A DNA stretch of 64,000 bases from assembly GCA_038087875.1 (NCBI GenBank), contig CM075990.1:2854001-2918000 (forward strand), in the 5' to 3' direction. Positions 27,142 to 43,203 of this stretch are shown here, one piece after another. The translations under genes and the position numbers were made by a program. Positions within the stretch are counted from its first letter, which is position 1. The number at the start of each line of letters is the position of its first letter. This DNA comes from Malacoraja senta. Lineage: Eukaryota. The notes below the pieces were generated by a model, which did not search any database, was not told the origin of the DNA, and saw only the letters and a list, made by a program, of their open reading frames with translations.

Positions 27142-27353
27142 CCTGTGTATGAAGGAACTGCGGATGCTGGTTTAAACCGAAGATAGACACAAAATGCTGG
27201 AGTAACTCAGCGGGACAGGCAGCATCTCTGAGAGAAGGAATGGGCGACGTTTCGAGTCGAGACCCTTCTTCAGTCCCGAAACGTCAGCCATTCCTTCTCT
27301 CCAGAGATGCTGCCTGACCCGCTGAGTTACTCCAGCATTTTGTGTCTATCTTC
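27142..27353. mobile_element. Fold-back Penelope-like short element
   Basis: Inverted arms; TSD AATATTAAACT at 27131-27141 and 27354-27364. Confidence 0.78.
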
Positions 27354-27739
27354 AATATTAAACTGATATGCGCGGTCTTGATTATTTCACCGTGTGTCTC
27401 TGACTAACATGCTACCTGCTTCTAATTTACCAGACACCCCGCGGAAGTGTAATATATATATATATATATATATATGTTTTAATATATGCGACGATTTATA
27501 TCAACAATACTTTTGACAAAACCGAATTTTTTTATGGAGAATTTTAAAGTTAATTTTGGCTGCAAATATTCATTTGATAAGGAATCCGGTGGAATCAAGA
27601 GCGTGTAGGATCATCGATTCTTTCTCTTCGATGCCAATCGTAGATTACTAAACACAGAGGGCATATTAATGTTTAGCAGAAAAAAATGTCTGACCCATTG
27701 TATTTCACCTTTTGTTTCTTTAATATTGTTCCGTCCACA

Positions 27740-28053
27740 GTTTGGTTTAGTTAAGTTTAGTTTTCAGAGATAGGGCGCGGAAACAGGCCCTTCGGCCCAC
27801 CGAGTCCACGCCGACCAGCGATCCCCGCACACTAACACCACCCTACACAAACTAGGGACAAGTTTCATTTTACACCAAGCCAATGAACCTACATTCCTGT
27901 AGGTCTTTGGAGTGTGGGAGGAGACCGGATCACCTGGAGAAAACCCACGCGGTCACGGGGAGAACGTACAAACTCCGTACAGACAGCAGTCAGATCCCGA
28001 AGTCAGGATCGAACCCGGGTCTCTGGTGCTGTAAGGCAGCAACTCTACCGGCG
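27740..28053 (-). mobile_element. V-SINE, CpG-rich copy
   Basis: Full architecture on the minus strand in Pax2 intron 3. Confidence 0.85.
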
Positions 28054-31000
28054 CCCAGTCTTGACTTGTGTTAAATATTGTCTACCCTCCTGAAGGCATG
28101 TATCAGCAATCGCACATGGGTATCTCGGCACGGTGTTTCTGCCGGTTTATTGACATTAAACAAGGTTCACCACGTTTCCACCACAGTTAGGTGTTCACTG
28201 TAGAACGATCTAACGGAAGAACCGGGACTAGAATTCAGTTCATCGCTTCTTTTACTCCCAAACCAGATTCCTAAAGCCATTTCTGAAACATTTGTTCCAT
28301 ATCTCTCTGTATCACCGTCTATTTCTCTCGTTTCCCTTCCCACTGACTCTCAGTCTGAAGAAGGGTCCGCTATTGCATTTCTCCTGAGATGCTGCCTGAC
28401 CCGCTGAGTTATTCCAGCTTTTTGTGTCTTATCTTTGACATCACCTACTCCTGGTTTCCCACTTTTGATATCCCATCGCTTAACTCTCTCCAAAGGATAA
28501 CGAACTCCGCGCTAATGGCTTACATGGACCGTTTTAGAAACCGAGTGGGGCGTCCGGTCACTTTAAACATATTAGACACTCCCAACCCCCCCCCCCTTCC
28601 CCTCGCCCTTTCTCGCCCCCTCTCGCCTCCCGCCCCCTCTCTCCGTGTTATTGTTTGACCTCTAACACACGGGATCCCCACTCTAGGAGTTCATATAAAA
28701 GCAGTCAATATACATCAAACACTCATTGATTTTAATGGCCACACGATCGCCCACAATCTCCCCAGTAATGTCCTTGGGGCTAGACGACAAAAGCTACAGG
28801 ACTTATCAAAAAAAAGTATCAATATTTTATTTGGATTTTCAAATTCCTCCATAACTATTATTTGACCTATTGACTCGCGCCAGCCACATAAATTCGCCGA
28901 CTTTATTCGGAATCCATGTCCTGGATATTGAATAAGCAATTTAGAAGGGTGAATTAATGAGTTGGCCGCAACAGAAAATTCCCTGAAGAAATATTAAAAT
29001 TGGTTGGGTCGGAATCAATAGCATCGAAAAAAAAGGACTTGTTTTTTTTTAAATGGCCACCACTCGCTGTGTTCTTATCCCTGACTGCAAAGCGCCGGCA
29101 GAATCAAGCCTTGTCTCGTTGTAATCTTTAAAAATTCATGCCAAGAGAAAGCTTAACTACAACGTTTACTTGCCAATGTAATGATCTGAGATAATCCTTG
29201 TATATTGAATTAAAACTCAACATTGCAACGCAACGCCCATTCATTAGGACAGTGGGGGAAATACATGTAATTGTACTGGTGCATTCTAATCTTTTGTATA
29301 AACACCAGCCCCCCCCCCCCCCCCCCCAACTTGATTTCTTTTGTCCACTCCAATTTAATTGAAGATGAAAAGTTGTACATTCGCACTCTAATGGGATTAA
29401 TCCACACTTTGAATGGATCACATACGTATGTTGCAAGAGTCCCCTTTGAGACGACCACGGTGCATTAAATATATATATTTTCCCAGTCTCTTTTTTTTAA
29501 AAACAAAACACACACTAAAATATCTCGTTAATCGCTGCCCCGATCTCCGAAGATCTCATTAAAAGCTACTGCAGTCGATTTTAGGCACAGAAGTTCCTTT
29601 TTGCCAAACGGGTTGTGTGATTTCACTTTCCTTCGCAGTTTTTTTGCAGCAGGCCCACCCTGTCTTTCCCCACAACGTTTCTCCCACACACATTTTGTTC
29701 CCCCCCCAAATATCTTTAAAAGCACCTATTGCCGTATAAATGTTCACACGCATTATGCACGTGGAAGCATAATGCTTTTCGGCGTCAAAAAAATAAAATA
29801 ATACAAGGGTAAATAGAATTGGTCTTCTAACTGATTTTTTTTGTGGGATGTTAACGACGGTCCGTGAGTCTTGGGAAAGAGAAACCAACAGAAAACACGG
29901 AAGGGACAATAGACACAAGGAACTGCAGATGCTGATATATTTCAAAAAATGAAAGACGCAAAGTGTTGGAGTAACTCTGCAGGCAGCACCTCTGGAGAAC
30001 ATGGAAAGGTGACCTTTGGAAGGAAGGGAGGGTTAGTGTTGGAGACTCGATTGTTTCGGGATGGGGGGGGGGGGTGGGAGAGATTAGACTTCACTAAACA
30101 GCAAGCCAATCTAAAATCAAAGCAAGCCCTATCAAATATTAACACCAAAATGTCGTTTTAAACACCTGTTAAATGCTTGGAAAAGTGGCTTAAAAACTAA
30201 AAAACACACACACTTGCTTTTTTTGTTTTTGTTTTCTTGTACAAAATAAACGGGTCTATTGCACCTGATTCAATCTAATCACAGGTGGATCTCTTTTGCT
30301 GTCGCGGTATGAAGTGTGCACTTGTAGATTTTAATTTTACAGTCGCTTGATGTGCCAAAGGCACCTGGAGTCTAGGGAAAGATGAGCGATTCTGTGACTG
30401 TCTTTATCTCCTCGCATTCCCACTTTTACAAGAGTGAAATCGGATACAAGGCACGATTCATTTATCCAATCTCTACTTCCGACAGTCTGGAAGAGGTGTA
30501 CATACACACACACACAAAAAAAAAACTTCCAAAAAGATAAACAATCTATTGTTCCCTAATTGTGACTCGTGGCAAACGAGTTTAAAACATTTGAGTGCGT
30601 TAACGGCGCTGTATTAATTCAAGTCATTGTTTTAAGAGCGTGGCATTGCCAAGGTGGAAAATCACCATTTCTCTTCCCTGTGCTTATTTAACAACGTATC
30701 CTTCCTTTAACCCGTCTTTCCACTGTAATTGCAAAAAGAGCGCCAAGCAAAACTGAGAGGCAACTATTTCAGCCGGTTCAGATGTTTGTGGATTAATTAT
30801 AGGGAATAATGCACAGTGAAAAGAATGTTCAATGCCCAAATACCATGAGCCCAAAATTCTGCTGCATTAACTTGGAAGGGTAATAAATAATCAATTAAGT
30901 ATTTCTATATATATATATTAGTCCAGCTCCATATTTATGATTCCTTCCTTACAGTTGGATAAATAACACTCACGCATCAGCGTCCGACATTAATGAGGGG

Positions 31001-33054
31001 GATTTAAAAGTAACTTTTACTTTTTCTTTTCCCCAAATGGGTCTTCGGGATCCGAAAAGTTGCCAATAGATTTACCGGTGGACATGGGTGCAGTTTGCTG
31101 GGAAGGAGATGGCTATTTGTGTGGAAATGCGGGGAAGGGACTCTCAAAGACCACCCGGGGGGAGGGATATTACCTTTACTGTTAGAAGCAAAAAACGTTG
31201 ACTTGCCACAAGATAATTTCGGACTGATAATGATTTTTTTTTACACACAAAACGATGTGCAATAAAGTGAGGCAAGAGAAAGTGGAAGCGAATAGCAAGG
31301 TGGAACACGAATATGTACAAGGAGTGAGAAGAGGGCAAAGAGATGGGCAGGTATGGGGTCCAGAGACAGTGGGCTAAGACAGGTGCACAGAGCGGAGGCG
31401 ACTACTTTGGGTAGATTACATTTTCAACTGTACATGTAAATGACTTGCACCGAAATTACCAGGCGCGCAAGCGAAAAACTGCCTCGGTAAATTCGGATTG
31501 TAGATTTTCCCTCCCCTTGGCTTCAACGCTGGCTCTTGTCAAATGTCGAGTCTTTTGTCTAGCGCTAACCCTCCCCGTGTTTCCCCAAATCCGTGCCAAC
31601 CGCCCAACCTGGAGTAACTCAGCGGGACAGGCAGCATCTCTGGAGAGAAGGAATGGGTGACGTTTCGGGTCGAGACCCTTCTTCAGACATTCCTTCTCTC
31701 CAGAGATGCTGCCTGTCCCGCTGAGTTATTCCAGGTTGGGCGGTTTCGTGTCTATCTTCGGTTTCAATCGACATCTGCAGTTTCTTCCGACACGTTTCGA
31801 CAGCCCGACGTGCCGGTTTGTGTAAACTATCCCGCTCAGCCCGGAGGTTTGTCGAATAGCGACCAGTTCCCAGCGCTTGAGCTACCAGCTCCGTCAAGGC
31901 ATCGGGGAGAATGTTCTCAACCGCCGGCCAGCTTGCAATCTTTAAATCAATGTCCTGAAAGACCCGCCCTAATAGTTTACATTTGCACCAATTTGCAATT
32001 ATATTAAACGGCCAAAAGGGCATTGCGTCCGGGTCTGATTCGGCTTTACTTTCATTCATAGTCTTATTTTATTCCCCGCGGTCCCAAGTGAAATGAGACG
32101 GGAGCCGACATTCCTGGCGTTTAGTGTGTTTTCATTAGGATTTCATGTTTAGAATTACATTTACTCCTTGGTGATCACAAAACAAAAATCGAGATTACTC
32201 TGAATACATTACATATTATGTGGCTGGGTTCTGCCTTTCACTGGTTTAGATCCTTTGAAGAAGCCTTATGTTTAAAGCCAATATCTTCACACAGACTATC
32301 CCGTTTCACATGCAGGTATCGGTGAAACCCAGCGCATTGCAAACTTGGATTTTTTAAAAATACATTGTCAAGGTATTTCCTCCGTTTTTGTCCCTACGAA
32401 AGTTCCTGCCCCAATTGAATTGAATTTCCACCCACCAAAGTTGCACGATGGACAACAGCTTCTCCCAGTGAACTTTGCCCAACGCTAACCTCAACCTCAG
32501 GAACTGTGATTTCCTATAGACCTCCGACTTCGAGTTTGCACTATTGTGGTTTCAACCACCTAGTATTACTGACTATTAATGTATTGTATTATTGATTATT
32601 GTATATTTAATTGTTGGTTTTGCGTGTTATGGGCCAGTCAAGCTGCGGCAAGTAACAATTTCATGGTTCCATTGAGGCACTATAACAATTAAACGATCGT
32701 GACTTTTTTTAAACTCTTGACTCTTAAATAGATTTTGGTTGGTTAAATGTATTTGTGTGGTTCGGATACTTACAATGAAGGTCCGCTTAAGGAATCTAAC
32801 ACGTGCCATGTTAAAGGTATATTTAATATCATACACAATTTTACCATTAAATCGATTTATACGTTTGACTCTCGCCTTCTTGATGAAATATGCCCAATTC
32901 TCGATTAACCGATATGTTTTATTGGTATGGAACAAGGTAGAACTAGGTTACATGGACCAATTGTTGAGTAAAACTAGAATAATTCCCATGTTTAGGATAC
33001 GTTTCCATCGTTTTATATACCTGTAATATTAGGTGTTTTTTTTAAAGTTGGCGT

Positions 33055-33228
33055 TTAGTTTATTTTAGTTTAGTTTAGAGATACAACGCGGAAACAGGCC
33101 ACTCGGCCCACCCAGTCCGCGCCCACCAGCGATCCCCGCATATTAACACTATCCTGCACACACTAGGGATTTTTTTCTGTAACATTTATCAATCCAATTT
33201 ACCTACATACCTGTACGTCTTTGGAGTC
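33055..33228 (-). mobile_element. V-SINE 3' half
   Basis: Tail and 3' body only, about 80 bp downstream of the exon 3 donor. Confidence 0.8.
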
Positions 33229-33299
33229 TTAATTCTTAATTGGAGTCTTAATACGTCTTAATTCTACTTGGACTTCTGCAGATAGCTGCCCCCGGGTTA

Positions 33300-33596
<297 letters not shown>

Positions 33597-33621
33597 CTAT
33601 AAACAATCATCAAATAACAGT

Positions 33622-33793
33622 GCAGGAAGGAACTGCAGATGCTGGTTTACACCGTAGACACAATATGCTGGAGTAACTCAGCGGGACAGGCTGACTTTCT
33701 TCAGTCTGAAGAAGGGTCTCGACCTGAAACGTCACCCATTCCTTCTCTCCATAGATGCTGCCTGTCCCGCTGAGTTACTCCAGCATTTTGTGT
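33622..33793. mobile_element. Fold-back Penelope-like short element
   Basis: Inverted arms with an intact CTGAAGA..GAAACGTC motif at about 33706-33733. Confidence 0.72.
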
Positions 33794-36700
33794 TTAAAAT
33801 ACATTCAGTGGTCCTTTATTGTAACTATATGTAAGAATCGTACGTACGCCGTGTGTATATCTATATATTAAATATTTCTGATACACACACGCAGACATAC
33901 ACGTATAGATATATGTATAATTATAGAATTGGTGCATCTTTCGTGTAATTAAATGTAAGACAACGATAGCAAAAGTCGACCTCACTCGTTATTTACAGCG
34001 CCATAAAATAGATAGGGAGCAGCAGAATGCAAATAAATCAGTGCATGTATGCAATGGTGTTAACTTGTGCTGGTTGCAATCCTCCCTCCACTCTGAAACA
34101 AACCATTACGTCTCTCTGGGACCGGACAGCTAAGGGCACGGATGCACGTCCCTTTTTTTTGGTTTGAATGGAGAAACAATTTTAGCCAGGACATAATTAA
34201 TATTAAAATTGGCAAGGCTTGCAGCGCTGAATGTTGGCTTTGGTGATGAAGTGTGGTTAATGAATGCGGGAGGTCGACTGCTCTTTTTGCCAACGTCTTT
34301 TTTTTTTTTGCCCTCCCATTCGCCACCCCCACCAAAAAAAGCGAAATAGATAGAAGAGTGGAACTGGGATGAGGAAGAAATTAGAGGAAGAGAGATTTTA
34401 AACATTACTCGGGATGTGTGTTAAAAAGTTGATTTCTTTCCAAGCCCTCGGTTCTGTCCCTTTAACATGTAGGAATGAACGGTTTTAGCTGTTAGTGGTG
34501 GCCACTTTCAGCCTAGCCGTGTTATCTGATGTCACCTCTGAAGCCAAGAGCAAATGTTACAGTGTGAACAAGAATTGTGTGTTTAGTTTCAACCGAGTCT
34601 TATCGACTCCGCTGACACATAGAATCGGCCTCCCAGCCTATTTTACAATAAATAAAAAAAATTAATGGCAAAGGATAGTTGAGATTGTTAAAACTCATAA
34701 GCGGGGGAAATAAATTAAATAGGATTCGACACCTTTTTTTTGCGTCGTTTGATTTCGCCTATCAACGGGAACCCGCATCTAACTCGCCCTGTTTATATCA
34801 GTGAGCGTGTCGGATTAAACCCCGCGAAATGCTTCTAGTGTTTCAACACGCAACGATAATTTATTTTTTTGCCACCCAATGTGCACTCTCTACACGGAAG
34901 AGCCCGCGTTATCAGGCGGACGTCGCAATTATTTCCCACTGCACAGATGGGTAAGGTGTGACTGATTCTTTCTTTCGGGTTTCACTACACACGGGGTGTT
35001 TAGACCTGCGCGTCTACCCCACTCCCCACCGCGAACCGTGCAACCACATTCACCTTTTAACAACACACACTGGTTTATTCGCGTTGCACACCGAACTTTC
35101 AGTGCATTAAATAGCGCATGGAACGGAAAATATTAAACTTTGCCCAAATGTCACCCCTTGCCAATGTTTTCTGTGTTTTCCACACAATGCTGGAGTAACT
35201 CAGCGGATCGGGCAGCAGCTCTGGAGTAAAGGAATACGTTTTTCCCTTTTTATGCATCTATCTTCGGTTTAAGCCGGCATCTGCAGTTCCTCCCTGCACC
35301 TTTTGAATGTTCCACTTTGAATTATCTTCTGTTATCACCTCGATCAATGATAGTTACAAGCAACGCAGTGCGATTAAAGTGACAGCGAATGAAAATAAAA
35401 TGATATTGCCTGCCCTACAATCGTCAAAATCCGAACAATATTTTCTCAGTAATTTGTAAATTTGTAAATTTAATCAGTGGAATCGGCGACGGACTTTCTC
35501 CTTCAGTCAGGGGCGTGCGATTGATACTGCAGTATTTAGTCTACAGGGCAAACCTAGGCTCACTTCAGACTCGTTAAAATAATAGTTTAAAAAAGACTGG
35601 TATAAAATAACCAGGGTCTCGAAACGTCACCCATTCCTTCCCTCCAGAGATGCTGCCTGTCCCGCTGAGTTACCCCAGCATTTTGTGTCTATCTTCAAAA
35701 TAATATTATGCTGGCCACGACAAACACGGGAAGTTTCCCCGTTGCTTTAAATACCTGTTCTCTCCCCGCTCAGCTTATTTTTCCCAATAGCTGAACTAGT
35801 CTATAAGGATATGGTTTGTTTTAATAAAGGGAGAAGCGCTTTAGTCTTGGGCGGGAGGGAGCTGTTGGGTCAAATCGAAAGCCTGCACTCACTCACGGAG
35901 GGCTTGAGAAGGGAGGAGGAAGAAGAATATACAGTGGCTTCTAAGCTGCACCTGTTCCCACACGGCGGCCGCGATCTACATAAACCACGTCACCCTGCCC
36001 AGGGGGGCTCAACGTCCCCACCCCCACTCTAAACGCATTCCCCTCTTTCTGTGCCGTGTAAGTGATTCCTTCCGTTAAGTGTCGACCTGGTCTACTTCAA
36101 GCTGAAATGCGCGCACAATGAAGAATGGCAGTTCATAAATGTTTGGCAAATGTTTTGGTACTAAAGAGGGATTAGGTTAGAAGTGCTTGCCCGCTTTACG
36201 CCTCCTGTGGTGTTGACTTCTCCCCCCTCATCCCACGACCCCCTCTCCTTCGGAGACTTGGAACGTTTACTTTGCACTTTGCCTGTCTTATATTTGTGGG
36301 GGGGGGGGGGGGGATATTTGGGCTCGCGTTTTATAGTCTGGAGAAGCCATCTATGATTGTCAGCCTGAGATTTTATTTGTTCATTGTGTTAACTGGTTTT
36401 CTTGTCAAAAACGAAACCACAACGCTGTAAGAATTATATAGAAACCACTACTAACCTATACATGGTTAAACGTGGTTTGAGGTTTAATCTGTGCCTGGGT
36501 TACCGCTCCTGCCTAATTCCCAAATTTAAACTCTAGGATAGGATTGAGTGTATATATATTTATATACACCATTGTGGGCTCCACCTCTCCTTGATCATCG
36601 TTGCTGGCTGTGATCGGTCTTTTTTTTTAAACACTTCATTCATTTGTTCTATGTGGCTTTTCATATCTCTCGGTTCCCTCTTCCCCGACTTTCAGTCTGA

Positions 36701-36952
36701 AGAAGGGCCTCGACCTGAAACGTCACCCATTCCTTCTCTCCAGAGATGCTGCCTGTCCGCTGAGTTACTCCAGCGTTCGGTGTAAACGAGCATCTGCAGT
36801 TCCTCCATATATATATATTTATATAACAGATACAAAAAGCTGAAGTAACTCGCGTTTTATAGTATTCTGGGTTTGTGTCTATCTTCGGTGTAAACCAGCA
36901 TCTGCAGTTCCTTCCTTCACAGAATCCTTAATATCTGTTGACATCCATATAC

Positions 36953-37105
<153 letters not shown>

Positions 37106-37579
37106 GTCCCGCACCCTAATCGTCTTATTAGTTTTACTGTCGTGGAGTAACTCAGCAGGACAGGCAGCTTCTCTGGACAGAAGGAATGGGTGACGTTTCG
37201 GGTCGAGACCCTTCTTCAGACTAAGAGTCAGGGCAGAAGGGGAATGAGAGACATAGACGGTACTTGGGATAAATTAATGGCAGATATGTAGAAAGTAATG
37301 GTAATCAAGGAAACGTGGAGCTCACAATGGTCCATTGTTGGCTGTGGGATAGGTTCAGTTCAGGTTTTGTTTTTATTGTCACGTGTACCGAGGTACAGTG
37401 AAAAGCTAACCAGTCAGCGGAAAGACATGATTACAATCGAGCCATTTACAGTGTCTGAATACAGACAGTGGAACTCAACAGGACGACAGTAAAACTAATA
37501 GGAAAACTAGGGTGGGGGACATAAATATATGTGTATGTGCGTATACATATATATGGATGTGAAGCAGATATTAAGGTTT

Positions 37580-37778
37580 TCTGTGTAGGACGGAACTGCA
37601 GATGCTGGTTTACATCGAAGATAGACACAAAATGCTGAAGTAACTCAGCGGGACAGGCAGCATCTCTGGAGAGAAGGAATGGGTGACATTTCCGGTCTGA
37701 AGAAGGGTCTCGACTCCATTCCTTCTCTCCAGAGATGCTGCCTGTCCCGCTGAGTTACTCCAGCATTTTGTGTCTATG
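37580..37778. mobile_element. Fold-back Penelope-like short element about 60 bp from the exon 2 donor
   Basis: Inverted arms; flanking direct repeat AAGGTTTT. Confidence 0.72.
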
Positions 37779-37835
37779 AAGGTTTTACCGCCGCGTTTGT
37801 TTGAATTTTTGGTCGCTGGTAGTATCACCCCTCAC

Positions 37836-38001
37836 CTGCCCAATATCTTGCTGACACATCCGTGACTGACCCGAAGTTGGCGGGATATGTCGCAGGGTCT
37901 AACTCCTTGGTGCGCCAGTTCCACGATACGCTGCCTCACCACGTCAGGAAGGGGTCTACCATTCACAAACACTCCTCCCAGCTGATTCACACCCCCATGC
38001 C
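37836..38001 (-). CDS. pax2: Pax2 exon 2, paired domain N-terminal part (166 nt)
   Basis: Encodes [55 protein letters not shown]; acceptor ttttgcag|GG, donor AG|gtgag; phases 1 and 2. Confidence 0.97.
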
Positions 38002-38766
38002 CTGCAAAACACACACAACTGAACTCATCCCAGGTAGAACTGCAACCTGAAAGAGAGCAAAAAAAGGGGGGAAGGGAGGGGGGAGGGGAGGGGAGGGAGG
38101 GGGGGGGGAGAAAGAAGGGAGGGAATGGCAAAATAAAGAAAAAAACGAAACAAAACAAAAGGGATGGAACAGGGGAGGGAGGGAGAGGGGGAGGAAAGAC
38201 GGGATGGGATCGAAAAAAATAACGAGGGAAAAGAAATCGAAAGTATGGATAAAAAATTACATCCATGTTGTCACGAACGCAGTGATATTAATTTGACTAT
38301 ATATTGCACACATTAAATATAAATGCAAGGAAAATGCCATCTTTAACTATATTGTTATCAGTTACTGATTTATATATCCCTTTAAAAAAAAATCAAAATT
38401 CATAAAAATTCACAATTAAAATTACTGCTGGTGTTGCGTTCAACTCAATCACTGTTTATTACAATACAACGCGGCCGTGTTAATTCATGCCATTATTCAG
38501 CATGCTGTGTAACAAGCAAAATACGATATTTAATTTAAAGAAATAAACTGCTGAAAAGTTTGAATTAGGTTCCATTTTATTCTCGGGCGGCTGTGGGTTG
38601 CATGGCGTGTGAGAGGATGTGCATGTGTATGAGAGCGGCAGAGCGGCTGGTCACGGGCAATCCGTCCGTGGAACGGAGCCTTGGTATCTGTGGGAACAGG
38701 GTGGCTAAAATAAACAAATTACAGCAGATTCCCTCCTCCAGGGCTTCATGGAGCCCGCGGGAAATT

Positions 38767-38803
<37 letters not shown>

Positions 38804-38898
38804 TTTCTCTGCTTTCTCCCATTCTCTATGCATGTTGTGTGTGTGTGTGTGTGTGTGTGTCCTGCCCCTTTGCTTCGAGGGTCATTGTTAAACCATCC

Positions 38899-39098
38899 NN
38901 NNNNNNNNNNNNNNNNNNNNNNNNNNNNNNNNNNNNNNNNNNNNNNNNNNNNNNNNNNNNNNNNNNNNNNNNNNNNNNNNNNNNNNNNNNNNNNNNNNNN
39001 NNNNNNNNNNNNNNNNNNNNNNNNNNNNNNNNNNNNNNNNNNNNNNNNNNNNNNNNNNNNNNNNNNNNNNNNNNNNNNNNNNNNNNNNNNNNNNNNNN
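38899..39098. other. Assembly gap (200 N) in Pax2 intron 1
   Basis: Run of N ending 24 bp from the exon 1 donor. Confidence 1.
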
Positions 39099-39122
39099 GA
39101 TACAAATCAACTGGCTACTCAC

Positions 39123-39166
39123 TGTGCATAGCCGAGTAAGGGGTCTGCCTTGCAGTGTATATCCAT
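39123..39166 (-). CDS. pax2: Pax2 coding exon 1 (MDIHCKADP..SAMH); 44 nt as assembled, one nt longer than the reading frame requires
   Basis: Minus strand reads ATG GAT ATA CAC TGC AAG GCA GAC CCC TTA C TCG GCT ATG CAC A|GTGAGT. It matches the Pax2 N-terminus MD(M/I)HCKADPFSAMH and ends at a canonical GTGAGT donor. One extra base lies in the CCCCTTAC stretch. Confidence 0.88.
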
Positions 39167-39420
39167 TAGGGCCAGCGCCACAGAAATGAAAGGCGATGAT
39201 CCCGCCGTCTCGTCTCTTTAATTAAACGCTTACGCTAATGCAGATAAAACATCGACTGTAAATAAGGGGGAAAACAACAAAAGAAACAGGAGAGAGAGAG
39301 AGAGAGAAAACTTTCTTTTTTTCCCTCCCCTTTCAGATGTGGCGACCGCGCCGATACAGAAACAAATATATATATATATTTATATATATTATATGTTTTA
39401 TATATATATATATATATAAT

Positions 39421-39453
<33 letters not shown>

Positions 39454-39486
39454 ACTAGTCCTGAAAAGAAAGTAAAGTGATTGGCG

Positions 39487-40017
<531 letters not shown>

Positions 40018-40339
40018 CTCAAAGGCGACTGGGTTGCACCAGGTATCGGCCCGCTCTGTAGAGGGAGCCGGCAGAGTGCAGAGGAGCCGGGAGCGTGGGT
40101 CTGCTTCAATCGCTGGTGTTGGTTGCAGGTTTTGAAGTGCAGACTGAAGCCCGGGCTCTGCGTGGTTCTGTCTAAAACCCCTGCGCAGATTCCAGCCACT
40201 CCAGTCCCCTTTAGAAAGATGGATGACTTGTCAGACAAAGGCAATAGATTACAACACTTTATGATTCGCCAACGCAGATTGGACCCCAAATGAGGAGGTC
40301 CGTGATCTGCCACTTCCAGAGGCACCATTCGCCAGGACA

Positions 40340-42460
<2,121 letters not shown>

Positions 42461-42739
42461 GCCTTTGCTTGGGTTTACCAACTGGATTACTTTACACACC
42501 CCCCTCCTCATCTCCTCCAGCTCAACCCTTCCCGGTTCACCTGCGATGTCTGACCGGTGTGTGTACGTTAAGTACACAGGTAGAAGGTGGGATTAGATTG
42601 GCTGACACTTTAAAAAACCGATCTGAAGCCCTTGGTGTTTACACGTCACACTTTAGCTAGTTTCCTTTTTTTTGATTATTAATGTTATTTTTTTCCTTCC
42701 CACCCCCCCCCCCCCCGTACTGCAATAACCCGGCCACAC

Positions 42740-42870
42740 ACAGAGACTAGAATGCCTACATCACAGAACTCAATGCAAATTAAAAAAATCCTCTCGCGAA
42801 ACGTGGCCGGAGAGCGTGACACTTGCAGAGTTCTCATTACAGCATATTTGGGATGCAAATTTCATTTGAG
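42740..42870. promoter_or_regulatory. Candidate upstream enhancer with two octamer sites and a paired-domain half-site
   Basis: ATGCAAAT at 42773-42780 and 42853-42860; GCGTGAC at 42814-42820; about 3.6 kb upstream of the Pax2 ATG. Confidence 0.4.
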
Positions 42871-42954
42871 GGTCTTGAAGGCGAGGTATCCCCCTTTTTC
42901 CCACACGAAGTTAGGCCGAGACTGCTCTCCGAGCCTCCTGTAGGTATTCTGTAC

Positions 42955-43203
42955 GTCTGAAGAAGGGTCACCCATCCCCTCGCTCCAGGTTGGGGCGGTC
43001 GAAATGTGTAGGAAGGAATTGTAGATGCCGGTTTTAACCGAAGATAGACTCAAAATGCTGGAGTAACTCAGCGGGACAGGCAGCATCTCTGGAGAGAAGG
43101 AAAGTCTGAAGAAGGGTCTCGACCCCGAAACGTCACCCATTCCTTCTCTCCAGAGATGCTGCCTGTCCCGCAGAGTTACTCCAGCATTTTGTGTCTATCT
43201 TCT
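42955..43203. mobile_element. Composite fold-back Penelope-like element
   Basis: Inverted arms at about 43045-43203 plus a short fragment at about 42955; CTGTAGGT on both flanks. Confidence 0.68.
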
